A stretch of 64,000 nt of DNA. Origin: Eledone cirrhosa. Its lineage: Eukaryota. The stretch's first letter is position 1, and each line of letters opens with the position of its first letter. Made by a program: the position numbers and the translations under genes. The stretch is taken from positions 28,706,001-28,770,000 of the forward strand of contig OZ024742.1 of assembly GCA_964016885.1 (NCBI GenBank). Direction: 5' to 3'. This document shows, in pieces, positions 14,508-27,400 of the stretch. Under the pieces are notes generated by a model that saw only the letters and a list, made by a program, of their open reading frames with translations, did not search any database and was not told where the DNA came from.

Positions 14508-14815
14508 GATTTATAAATTACTGAGGGTTTAAGGGGAGGGTTGTTATAAATACTGAGGGTTTAAGGAGAGGGTTGTTATAAATACTGAGGGTTTAAGGGG
14601 AGGGTTGTTATAAATACTGAGGGTTTAAGGAGAGAGAGCGAGAGAGCGAGAGCGAGCGAGAGCGAGAGAGAGTGAGAGAGAACGAGAGCGAGCGAGAGAG
14701 AGCGAGAGCGAGAGAAAGCGAGAGCGAGAGAAAGCGAGAGCGTGAGAAAGCGAGAGAGAGAGCGAGAGAGAGAGAGCGAGAGAGAGAGCGAGAGAGAGCG
14801 AGAGAGAGCGAGAGA
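14508..14815. repeat. ~32 bp minisatellite (ttataaatactgagggtttaaggggagggttg) followed by (GAGC/GA)n
   Basis: Direct reading. Confidence 0.85.
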
Positions 14816-15094
14816 ACTATATTTGGGGTTGGTCATGTCGTCAATAGAAAGGACACACGCACCATATAAATTTCGTTTTATATTTATTGTTCGTTATTCA
14901 TTCGTTTATCAAAGTTATTTCGTCACACATTTTGTGACTTCCTCAATAAACATCTCTTTGGTGCCTCTCTTTTTCCTGGTCTTAAACTTCTTCTCTATGT
15001 TGTCTTCATTTTGTGGAGCGTGTTTGTGGATGTGTTTGCTACTGTGTCTGTTTGTGTGTAAGTGTTTGTCATGGTTGTGTGTGTTTCATTGCAG

Positions 15095-15235
15095 CATAGA
15101 GTTACAGCCCTGTACAGGCTGAATTCAAATCCCGCCGAGGTTAACTTTGCATTTTAACCTTACGGGGTCGATAAAATAAAGTAGCAGTAATACACTGGGC
15201 TAATTGCTGGCCTTGTGCCAAAAGTAAATACAATT
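15095..15235 (+). mobile_element. SINE-A, 5'-truncated
   Basis: gaattcaaatcccgccgaggttaactttgc...ggggtcgataaaataaagtagcag...gccttgtgccaaaagta. Confidence 0.8.
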
Positions 15236-15473
15236 ATATATATATATATATATTATAGGAAAAATAGGTAAAAACTGGTAAAAGACGGTTAGTGAATCAC
15301 ACGGCACCACAGGAGTTACTGGTGTTTCCTCTTTAATAAGCCATCATAGCCGTAGAAGATGCTAATAGCCGTAGAAGGTGCTATTGAGCTAACAGCTATT
15401 TTAGGATTGTAAAATAAGTTGAAATTGTATGACTGTCATAGATTGATATACAGACAGTTGTATTAAATACGGA

Positions 15474-18400
15474 TGTTAATTGCATGTAGCTGGTTTGGAA
15501 GTAAAGTACATGTGTGTGTCTGGATGAGTACAGGTGTTAATGTGATGTAGCTGGTTTGGAAGTAAAGTACATGTGTGTGTGTGGATGTGTACAGGTGTTA
15601 ATGTGATGTAGCTGGTTTGAAAGTGAAGTACATGTGTGTGTCTAGATGTATACAGGTGTTAATGTGATGTAGCTGGTTTGAAGGTAAAGTACATGTGTGT
15701 GTCTGGATATGTACAGGTGTTAATGTGATGTAGCTGGTTTGGAAGTAAAGTACATGTGTGTGTCTAGATGTGTACAGGTGTTAATGTGATGTAGCTGGTT
15801 TGAAAGTAAAGTACATGTGTGTGTCTAGATGTGTACAGGTGTTAATGTGATGTAGCTGGTTTGAAAGTAAAGTACATGTGTGTGTCTAGATGTGTACAGG
15901 TGTTAATGTGATGTAGCTCGTTTGGAAGTAAAGTACATGTGTGTGTCTGGATGTATACACGTGTTAATGTGATGTAGCTGGTTTGGAAGTAAAGTACATG
16001 TGTGTGTCTGGATGTGTACAGGTGTTAATGTGATGTAGCTGGTTTGGAAGTAAAGTACATGTGTGTGTCTGGGTGTGTACATGTGTTAATGTGATGTAGC
16101 TGGTTTGAAAGTAAAACACATGTGTGTGTCTGAGTGTGTACAGGTGTTAATGTGATGTAGCTGGTTTGAAAGTAAAATACATGTGTGTGTCTGGATGTGT
16201 ACAGGTGTTAATGTGATGTAGTTGGTTTGGAAGTAAAGTACATGTGTGTGTCTGGACGTGTAGAGGTGTTAATGTGATGTAGGTGGTTTGGAAGTAAAGT
16301 ACATGTGTGTTTCTGGATGAGTACAGGTGTTAATATGATGTAGCTGGTTTGGAAGTAAAGTACATGTGTGTTTCTGGGTGTGTACAGGTGTTAATGTGAT
16401 GTAGCTGGTTTGAAAGTAAAGTACATATGTGTGTCTGGATGTGTACAGGTGTTAATGTGATGTAGCTGGTTTGGAAGTAAAGTACATGTGTGTGTGTCTG
16501 GATGAATACAGGTGTTAATGTGATGTAGCTGGTTTGAAAGTAAAGTACATGTGTGTCTGGATGTGTACAGGTGTTAATGTGATGTAGCTGGTTTGAAAGT
16601 AAAGTACATGTGTGTGTCTGGATGTGTACAGGTGTTAATTGCATGTAGCTGGTTTGAAGTTAAAGTACATGTGTGTGTCTGGATGTGTACAGGTGTTTAT
16701 TGCATGTAGCTGGTTTGGAAGTAAAGTACATGTGTGTGTTTGGATGAGTACAGGTTTTAATGTGATGTAGCTGGTTTGAAAGTTAAGTACATGTGTGTGT
16801 CTGGATGAGTACAGGTGTTAATGTGATGTAGCTGGTTTGGAAGTAAAGTACATGTGTGTGTCTGGATGTGTACAGGTGTTAATGTGATGTAGCTGGTTTG
16901 GAAGTAAAGTACATGTGTGTGTCTGGATGAGTACAGGTGTTAATGTGATGTAGCTGGTTTGGAAGTAAAGTACATGTGTGTGTCTAGATGTGTACAGGTG
17001 TTAATGTGATGTAGCTGGTTTGGAAGTAAAGTACATGTGTGTGTCTGGATGAGTACAGGTGTTAATGTGATGTAGCTGGTTTGAAAGTAAAGTACATGTG
17101 TGTGTCTGGATGTGTACAGGTGTTAATGTGATGTAGCTGGTTTGAAAGTAAAGTACATGTGTGTGTCTGGATGTGTACAGGTGTTAATGTGATGTAGCTG
17201 GTTTGAAAGTAAGGTACATGTGTGTGTCTGGATGAGTACACGTGTTAATGTGATGTAGCTGGTTTGGAAGTAAAGTACATGTGTGTGTCTAGATGAGTAC
17301 ATGTGTTAATGTGATGTAGCTGGTTTGGAAGTAAAATACATGTGTGTGTGTGGATGTGTACAAATGTTAATGTGATGTAGCTGGTTTGAAAGTAAAGTAC
17401 ATGTGTGTGTCTGGATGAGTACAGGTGTTAATGTGATGTAGCTGGTTTGAAAGTAAAGTACATGTGTGTGTCTGGATGTGTACAGGTGTTAATGTGATGT
17501 AGCTGGTTTGAAAGTAAAGTACATGTGTGTGTGTGGATGAGTACATGTGTTAATGTGATGTAGCTGGTTCGAAAGTAAAGTACATGTGTGTTTCTGGGTG
17601 TGTACAGGTGTTAATGTGATGTAGCTGGTTTGAAAGTAAAGTACATATGTGTGTCTGGATCTGTACAAGTGTTAATGTGATGTAGCTGGTTTGGAGGTAA
17701 AGTACATGTGTGTGTCTGGATGTGTACAGGTGTTAATGTGATGTAGCTGGTTTGGAAGTAAAGTACATGTGTGTGTCTGGATGTGTACAGGTGTTAATGT
17801 GATGTAGCTGGTTTGAAAGTAAAGTACATGTGTGTGGCTGGATGTGTACAGGTGTTAATTGCATGTAGCTGGTTTGAAAGTAAAGTATATGTGTGTGTCT
17901 GGATGTGTACAAGTCTTAATATGATGTAGCTGGTTTGAAAGTAAAGTACATGTGTGTGTCTGGATGTGTACAGGTGTTAATGTGATGTAGCTGGTTTGAA
18001 AGTAAAGTACATGTGTGTGTCATGATGTGTACAGGTGTTAATTGCATGTAGCTGGTTTGAAAGTAAAGTACATGTGTGTGTCTGGATGTGTACAGGTGTT
18101 AATGTGATGTAGCTGGTTTGAAAGTAAAGTATGTGTGTGTGTCTGGATGAGTACAGGTGTTAATATGATGTAGCCGGTTTCGAAGTAAAGTACATGTGTG
18201 TGTCTGGATGTGTACAGGTGTTAATTGCATGTAGCTGGTTTGGAAGTAAATTACATGTGTGTGTCTGGATGTGTACAGGTGTTAATTGCATGTAGCTGGT
18301 TTGGAAGTAAAGTACATGTGTGTGTCTGGATGTGTACAGGTGTTAATGTGATGTAGCTGGTTTGAAAGTAAAGTACATGTGTGTATCTGGATGTGTACAG

Positions 18401-21400
18401 GTGTTAATGTGATGTAGCTGGTTTGGAAGTAAAGTACATGTGTGTGTTTGGATGTGTACAGGTGTTAATGTGATGTAGCTGGTTTGAAAGTAAAACACAT
18501 GTGTGTGTCTGAGTGTGTACAGGTGTTAATGTGATGTAGCTGGTTTGAAAGTAAAATACATGTGTGTGTCTGGATGTGTACAGGTGTTAATGTGATGTAG
18601 TTGGTTTGGAAGTAAAGTACATGTGTGTGTCTGGACGTGTAGAAGTGTTAATGTGATGTAGCTGGTTTCGAAATAAAGTACATGTGTGTTTCTGGATGAG
18701 TACCGGTGTTAATATGATGTAGCTGGTTTGGAAGTAAAGTACATGTGTGTTTCTGGGTGTGTACAGGTGTTAATGTGATGCAGCTGGTTTGAAAGTAAAG
18801 TACATATGTGTGTCTGGATCTGTACAAGTGTTAATGTGATGTAGCTGGTTTGGAAGTAAAGTACATGTGTGTGTCTGGATGTGTACAGGTGTTAATGTGA
18901 TGTAGCTGGTTTGGAAGTAAAGTACATGTGTGTGTCTGGATGTGTACAGGTGTTAATGGGATGTAGCTGGTTTGAAAGTAAAGTACATGTGTGTGTCTGG
19001 ATGTGTACAGGTGTTAATTGCATGTAGCTGGTTTGAAAGTAAAGTATATGTGTGTGTCTTGATGTGTACAGGTGTTAATGTGATGTAGCTGGTTTGGAAG
19101 TAAAGTACATGTGTGTGTCTAGATGTGTACAGGTGTTAATGTGATGTAGCTGGTTTGAAAGTAAAGTACATGTGTGTGTCTGGATGAGTACATGTGTTAA
19201 TGTGATGTAGCTGGTTTGAAAGTAAAGTACATGTGTGTTTCTGGGTGTGTACAGGTGTTAACGTGATGTAGCTGGTTTGAAAGTAAAGTACATATGTGTG
19301 TCTGGATCTGTACAAGTGTTAATGTGATGTAGCTGGTTTGGAAGTAAAGTACATGTGTGTGTCTGGATGTGTACAGGTGTTAATGTGATATAGCTGGTTT
19401 GGAAGTAAAGTACATGTGTGTATTGGATGTGTACAGGTGTTAATGTGATGTAGCTGGTTTGAAAGTAAAGTACATGTGTGTGTCTGGATGTGTACAGGTG
19501 TTAATTGCATGTAGCTGGTTTGAAAGTAAAGTATATGTGTGTGTCTGGATTGTACATGTGTTAATGTGATGTAGCTGGTTTGAAAGTAAAGTACATGTGT
19601 GCGTCTGGATGTGTACAGGTGTTAATGTGATGTAGCTGGTTTGAAAGTAAAGTACATGTTTGTCTCTGGATGTATACAGGTGTTAATGTGATGTAGCTGG
19701 TTTGAAAATAAAGTACATGTGTGTGTCTGGATGTGTACAGGTGTTAATGTGATGTAGCTGGTTTGGAAGTAAAGTACATGTGTGTGTCATGATGTGTACA
19801 GGTGTTATTTGCATGTAGCTGGTTTGAAAGTAAAGTACATGTGTGTGTCTGGATGTGTACAGGTGTTAACGTCATGTAGTTGGTTTGGAAGTAAAGTACA
19901 TGTGTGTGTCTGGATGGGTACAGGTGTTAATGTGATGTAGCTGGTTTGGAAGTAAAGTACATGTGTGTGTCTGGATGGGTACAGGTGTTAATGTGATGTA
20001 GCTGGTTTGGAAGTAAAGTACATGTGTGTGTCTGTATGTGTACAGGTGTTAATGTGATGTAGCTGGTTTGAAAGTAAAGTACATGTGTGTGTCTGGATGT
20101 GTACAGGTGTTAATGTGATGTAGCTGGTTTGAAAGTAAAGTACATGTGTGTGTCTGGATGTGTATAGGTGTTAATTGCATGTAGCTGGTTTGAAATTAAA
20201 TTACATGTGTGTGTCTGGATGTGTACAGGTGTTAATTGCATGTAGCTGGTTTGGAAGTAAAGTACATGTGTGTGTCTGGGTGTGTACAGGTGTTAATGTG
20301 ATGTAGCTGGTTTGAAAGTAAAGTACATGTGTGTGTCTGGATGTGTACAGGTGTTAATGTGATGTAGCTGGTTTGGAAGTAAAGTACATGTGTGTGTTTG
20401 GATGTGTACAGGTGTTAATGTGATGTAGCTGGTTTGAAAGTAAAACACATGTGTGTGTCTGAGTGTGTACAGGTGTTAATGTGATGTAGCTGGTTTGAAA
20501 GTAAAATACATGTGTGTGTCTGGATGTGTACAGGTGTTAATGTGATGTAGTTGGTTTGGAAGTAAAGTACATGTGTGTGTCTGGACGTGTAGAGGTGTTA
20601 ATGTGATGTAGCTGGTTCCGAAGTAAAGTACATGTGTGTTTCTGGATGAGTACAGGTGTTAATATGATGTAGCTGGTTTGGAAGTAAAGTACATATGTGT
20701 GTCTGGATCTGTACAAGTGTTAATGTGATGTAGCTGGTTTGGAAGTAACGTACATGTGTGTGTCTGCATGTGTACAGGTGTTAATGTGATGTAGCTGGTT
20801 TGGAAGTAAAGTACATGTGTGTGTCTGGATGTGTACAGGTGTTAATGGGATGTAGCTGGTTTGAAAGTAAAGTACATGTGTGTGTCTGGATGTGTACAGG
20901 TGTTAATTGCATGTAGCTGGTTTGAAAGTAAAGTATATGTGTGTGTCTGGATGTGTACAGGTGTTAATGTGATGTAGCTGATTTGGAAGTAAAGTACATG
21001 TGTGTGTCTAGATGTGTACAGGTGTTAATGTGATGTAGCTGGTTTGAAAGTAAAGTACATGTGTGTGTCTGGATGAGTACATGTGTTAATGTGATGTAGC
21101 TGGTTTGAAAGTAAAGTACATGTGTGTTTCTGGGTGTGTACAGGTGTTAACGTGATGTAGCTGGTTTGAAAGTAAAGTACATATGTGTGTCTGGATCTGT
21201 ACAAGTGTTAATGTGATTTAGCTGGTTTGGAAGTAAAGTACATGTGTGTGTCTGGATGTGTACAGGTGTTAATGTGATATAGCTGGTTTGGAAGTAAAGT
21301 ACATGTGTGTATTGGATGTGTACAGGTGTTAATGTGATGTAGCTGGTTTGAAAGTAAAGTACATGTGTGTGTCTGGATGTGTACAGGTGTTAATTGCATG

Positions 21401-24400
21401 TAGCTGGTTTGAAAGTAAAGTATATGTGTGTGTCTGGATTGTACATGTGTTAATGTGATGTAGCTGGTTTGAAAGTAAAGTACATGTGTGCGTCTGGATG
21501 TGTGCAGGTGTTAATGTGATGTAGCTGGTTTGAAAGTAAAGTACATGTTTGTCTCTGGATGTATACAGGTGTTAATGTGATGTAGCTGGTTTGAAAATAA
21601 AGTACATGTGTGTGTCTGGATGTGTACAGGTGTTAATGTGATGTAGCTGGTTTGGAAGTAAAGTACATGTGTGTGTTTGGATGTGTACAGGTGTTAATGT
21701 GATGTAGCTGGTTTGAAAGTAAAACACATGTGTGTGTCTGGGTGTGTGCAGGTGTTAATGTGATGTAGCTGGTTTGAAAGTAAAGTACATGTGTGTGTCA
21801 TGATGTGTACAGGTGTCAATTGAATGTAGCTGGTTTGAAAGTAAAGTACATGTGTGTGTCTGGATGTGTACAGGTGTTAACGTGATGTAGTTGGTTTGGA
21901 AGTAAAGTACATGTGTGTGTCTGGATGTGTACAGGTGTTAATGTGATGTAGCTGGTTTGAATGTAAAGTACATGTGTGTGTCTGGGTGTGTACAGGTGTT
22001 AATGTGATGTAGTTGGTTTGGAAGTAAAGTATATGTGTATGCCTGGACGTGTACAGGTGTTAATATGATGTAGCTGGTTTCGAAGTAAAGTACATGTGTG
22101 TTTCTGGATGAGTACAGGTGTTAATATGATTTAGCTGTTTTGGAAGTAAAGTACATGTGTGTGTCTGCATGAGTACAGGTGTTAATATGCTGTAGCTGGT
22201 TTGAAAGTAAAGTACATGTGTGTGTCTGGGTATGTACAGGTGTTAATGTGATGTAGCTGGTTTGGAAGTAATGTACATGTGTGTGTCTGGATGAGTACAG
22301 GTGTTAATATGATGTAGCTGGTTTGGAAGTAAAGTACATGTGTGTTTCTGGGTGTGTACAGGTGTTAATGTGTTGCAGCTGGTTTGAAAGTAAAGTACAT
22401 ATGTGTGTCTGGATCTGTACAAGTGTTAATGTGATGTAGCTGGTTTGGAAGTAAAGTACATATGTGTGTCTGGATGTGTACAGGTGTTAATGTGATGTAG
22501 CTGGTTTGGAAGTAAAGTACATGTGTGTGTCTGGATGTGTACAGGTGTTAATGGGATGTAGCTGGTTTGAAAGTAAAGTACATGTGTGTGTCTGGATGTG
22601 TACAGGTGTTAATTGCATGTAGCTGGTTTGAAAGTAAAGTATATGTGTGTGTCTGGATGTGTACAGGTGTTAATGTGATGTAGCTGGTTTGGAAGTAAAG
22701 TACATGTGTGTGTCTAGATGTGTACAGGTGTTAATGTGATGTAGCTGGTTTGAAAGTAATGTACATGTGTGTTTCTGGGTGTGTACAGGTGTTAACGTGA
22801 TGTAGCTGGTTTGAAAGTAAAGTACATATGTGTGTCTGGATCTGTACAAGTGTTAATGTGATGTAGCTGGTTTGGAAGTAAAGTACATGTGTGTATCTGG
22901 ATGTGTACAGGTGTTAATGTGATATAGCTGGTTTGGAAGTAAAGTACATGTGTGTATTGGATGTGTACAGGTGTCAATGTGATGTAGCTGGTTTGAAAGT
23001 AAAGTACATGTGTGTGTCTGGATGTGTACAGGTGTTAATTGCATGTAGCTGGTTTGAAAGTAAAGTATATGTGTGTGTCTGGATTGTACATGTGTTAATG
23101 TGATGTAGCTGGTTTGAAAGTAAAGTACATGTGTGCGTCTGGATGTGTACAGGTGTTAATGTGATGTAGCTGGTTTGAAAGTAAAGTACATGTTTGTCTC
23201 TGGATGTATACAGGTGTTAATGTGATGTAGCTGGTTTGAAAATAAAGTACATGTGTGTGTCTGGATGTGTACAGGTGTTAACGTGATGTAGCTGGTTTGG
23301 AAGTAAAGTACATGTGTGTGTTTGGATGTGTACAGGTGTTAATGTGATGTAGCTGGTTTGAAAGTAAAACACATGTGTCTGTCTGCGTGTGTACAGGTGT
23401 TAATGTGATGTAGCTGGTTTGAAAGTAAAGTACATGTGTGTGTCATGATGTGTACAGGTGTTAATTGCATGTAGCTGGTTTGAAAGTAAAGTACATGTGT
23501 GTGTCTGGATGTGTACAGGTGTTAATGTGATGTAGCTGGTTTGAATGTAAAGTACATGTGTGTGTCTGGGTGTGTACAGGTGTTAATGTGATGTAGTTGG
23601 TTTGGAAGTAAAGTATATGTGTATGCCTGGACGTGTACAGGTGTTAATATGATGTAGCTGGTTTCGAAGTAAAGTACATGTGTGTTTCTGGATGAGTACA
23701 GGTGTTAATATGATTTAGCTGTTTTAGAAGTAAAGTACATGTGTGTGTCTGGAGGAGTACAGGTGTTAATATGATGTAGCTGGTTTGAAAGTAAAGTACA
23801 TGTGTGTGTCTGGGTGTGTACAGGTGTTAATGTGATGTAGCTGGTTTGGAAGTAATGTACATGTGTGTCTGGATGAGTACAGGTGTTAATATGATGTAGC
23901 TGGTTTGGAAGTAAAGTACATGTGTGTGTCTGGATGTGTACAGGTGTTAATGTGATGTAGCTGGTTTGAAAGTAAAGTACATGTGTGTGTCTGGATGTGT
24001 ACAGGTGTTAATGTGATGTAGCTGGTTTGAAAGTAAAGTACATGTGTGTGTGTGGATGAGTACATGTGTTGATGTGATGTAGCTGGTTTGAAAGTAAAGT
24101 ACATGAGTGTTTCTGGGTGTGTACAGGTGTTAATGTGATGTAGCTGGTTTGAAAGTAAAGTACATATGTGTGTCTGGATCTGTACAAGTGTTAATGTGAT
24201 GTAGCTGGTTTGGAGGTAAAGTACATGTGTGTGTCTGGATGTGTACAGGTGTTAATTGCATGTAGCTGGTTTGAAATTAAAGTACATGTGTGTGTCTGGA
24301 TGTGTACAGGTGTTAATGTGATGTAGCTGGTTTGGAAGTAAAGTACATGTGTGTGTTTGGATGTGTACAGGTGTTAACGTGATGTAGCTGGTTTGAAATT

Positions 24401-27400
24401 AAAACACATGTGTGTGTCCGGGTGTTTACAGGTGTTAATGTGATGTAGCTGGTTTGAAAGTAAAGTACATGTGTGTGTCATGATGTGTACAGGTGTTAAT
24501 TGCATGTAGCTGGTTTGAAAGTAAAGTACATGTGTGTGTCTGGATGTGTACAGGTGTTAATGTGATGTAGTTGGTTTGGAAGTAAAGTACATGTGTGTGT
24601 CTGGATGAGTACAGGTGTTAATGTGATGTAGCTGGTTTGAATGTAAAGTACATGTGTGTGTCTGGATGTGTACAGGTGTTAATGTGATGTAGTTGGTTTG
24701 GAAGTAAAGTACATGTGTGTGTCTGGACGTGTACAGGTGTTAATATGATGTAGCTGGATTCGAAGTAAAGTACATGTGTGTTTCTGGATGAGTACAGGTG
24801 TTAATATGATGTAGCTGGTTTGGAAGTAAAGTACATGTATGTGTCTGCATGAGTACAGGTGTTAATCTGATGTAGCTGGTTTGAAAGTAAAGTACATGTG
24901 TGTGTCTGGGTGTGTACAGGTGTTAATGTGATGTAGCTGGTTTGGAAGTAAAGTACATGTGTGTGTCTGGATGAGTACAGGTGTTAATATGATGTAGCTG
25001 GTTTGGAAGTAAAGTACATGTGTGTGTCTGGATGTGTACAGGTGTTAATGTGATGTAGCTGCTTTGGAATTAAATTACATGTGTGTGTCCTGATGGGTAC
25101 AGGTGTTAATGTGATGTAGCTGGTTTGTAAGTAAAGTACATGTGTGTGTCTGGATGTGTACAGTTGTTAACGTGATGTAGCTGGTTTGAAAGTAAAGTAC
25201 ATGTGTGTGTCTGGATGAGTACAGGTGTTAATGTGATGTAGCTGGTTTGAAAGTAAAGTACATGTGTGTGTCTGGATGAGTACAGGTGTGAATGTGATGT
25301 AGCTGGTTTGAAAGTAAAGTACATGTGTGTATCTGTATGAGTACAGGTGTGAATGTGATGTAGCTGGTTTGAAAGTAATGTACATGTGTGTGTCTGGATG
25401 TGTACAGGTGTTAATATGATGTAGCTGGTTTGGAAGTAAATTACATGTGTGTGTCTGCATGTGTACAGGTGTTAATGTGATGTAGCTGGTTTGGAAGTAA
25501 AGTACATGTGTGTGTCTGGATGTGTACAGGTGTTAATTGCATGTAGTTGGTCTGGAAGTAAAGTACATGTGTGTTTCTGATGTGTACAGGTGTTAATATG
25601 ATGTAGCTGGTTTCGAAGTAAAGTACATGTGTGTTTCTGGATGAGTACAGGTGTTAATATGATGTAGCTGGTTTGGAAGTAAAGTACATGTGTGTGTCTG
25701 CATGAGTACAGGTGTTAATCTGATGTAGCTGGTTTGAAAGTAAAGTACATGTGTGTGTCTGGGTGTGTACAGGTGTTAATGTGATGTAGCTAGTTTGGAA
25801 GTGAAGTACATGTGTTAATGTGATGTAGCTAGTTTGGAAGTGAAGTACATGTGTGTGTCTGGATGAGTACAGGTGTTAATATGATGTAGCTGGTTTGGAA
25901 GTAAAGTACATGTGTGTGTCTGGATGTGTACAGGTGTTAATTGCATGTAGCTGGTTTGAAATTAAAGTACATGTGTGTGTCTTGATGTGTACAGGTGTTA
26001 ATTGCATGTAGCTGGTTTGGAAGTAAAGTACATGTGTGTGTCTGGATGTGTACAGGTGTTAATGTGATGTAGCTGGTTTGGAAGTAAATTACATGTGTGT
26101 GTCCTGATGGGTACAGGTGTTAATGTGATGTAGCTGTTTTGGAAGTAAAGTACATGTGTATGTCTGCATGAGTACAGGTGTTAATCTGATGTAGCTGGTT
26201 TGAAAGTAAAGTACATGTGTGTGTCTGGGTGTGTACAGGTGTTAATGTGATGTAGCTGGTTTGGAAGTAAAGTATATGTGTGTGTCTGGATGTGTACAGG
26301 TGTTAATGTGATATAGCTGCTTTGGAATTAAATTACATGTGTGTGTCCTGGTGGGTACAGGTGTTAATGTGATGTAGCTGGTTTGGAAGTAAAGTACATG
26401 TGTGTGTCTGGATGTGTACAGGTTTTAACGTGATGTAGCTGGTTTGAAAGTAAAGTACATATGTGTGTCTGGATGAGTACAGGTGTGAATGTGACGTAGC
26501 TGGTTTGAAGTAAAGTACATGTGTGTGTCTGGATGTGTACAGGTGTTAATGTGATATAGCTGGTTTGAAAGTAAAGTACATGTGTGTGTCTGGATGAGTA
26601 CAGGTGTTAATGTGATGTAGCTGGTTTGAAAGTAAAGTACATGTGTGTGTCTGGATGAGTACAGGTGTGAATGTGATGTAGCTGGTTTGAAAGTAAAGTA
26701 CATGTGTGTATCTGGATGAGTACAGGTGTGAATGTGATGTAGCTGGTTTGAAAGTAATGTACATGTGCGTGTCTAGATGTGTACAGGTGTTAATGTGATG
26801 TACCTGGTTTGGAAGTAAAGTACATGTGTGTGTCTGGATGTGTACAGGTTTTAATATGATGTAGCTGGTTTGGAAGTAAAGTACATGTGTGTGTCTGGAT
26901 GTGTACAGGTGTTAATTGCTTGTAGTTGGTCTGGATGTAAAGTACATGTGTGTTTCTGGGTGTGTACAGGTGTTAATATGATGTAGCTGGTTTCGAAGTA
27001 AAGTACATGTGTGTTTCTGGATGAGTACAGTTGTTAATATGATGTAGCTGGTTTGAAGTAAAGTACATGTGTGTGTCTGCATGAGTACAGGTGTTAATCT
27101 GATGTAGCTGGTTTGGAAGTAAAGTACAAGTGTGTGTCTGGATGAGTACAGGTGTTAATGTGATGTAGCTGGTTTGGAAGTAAAGTACATGTGTGTGTCT
27201 GGATGTGTACAGGTGTTAATTGCATGTAGCTGGTTTGGAAGTAAAATACATGTGTGTGTGTGGATGTGTACAGGTGTTAATGTGATGTAGCTGGTTTGGA
27301 AGTAAAGTACATGTGTGTGTCTGCGTTAGTACAGGTGTTAATCTGATGTAGCTGGTTTGAAAGTAAAGTACATGTGTGTGTCTGGGTGTGTACAGGTGTT

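Noticed and set aside
15300-15355. Hammerhead-like minus-strand ATGATGG...GAAACACCAGTA
   Set aside because: Two core mismatches and poor stem I; not supportable alone.
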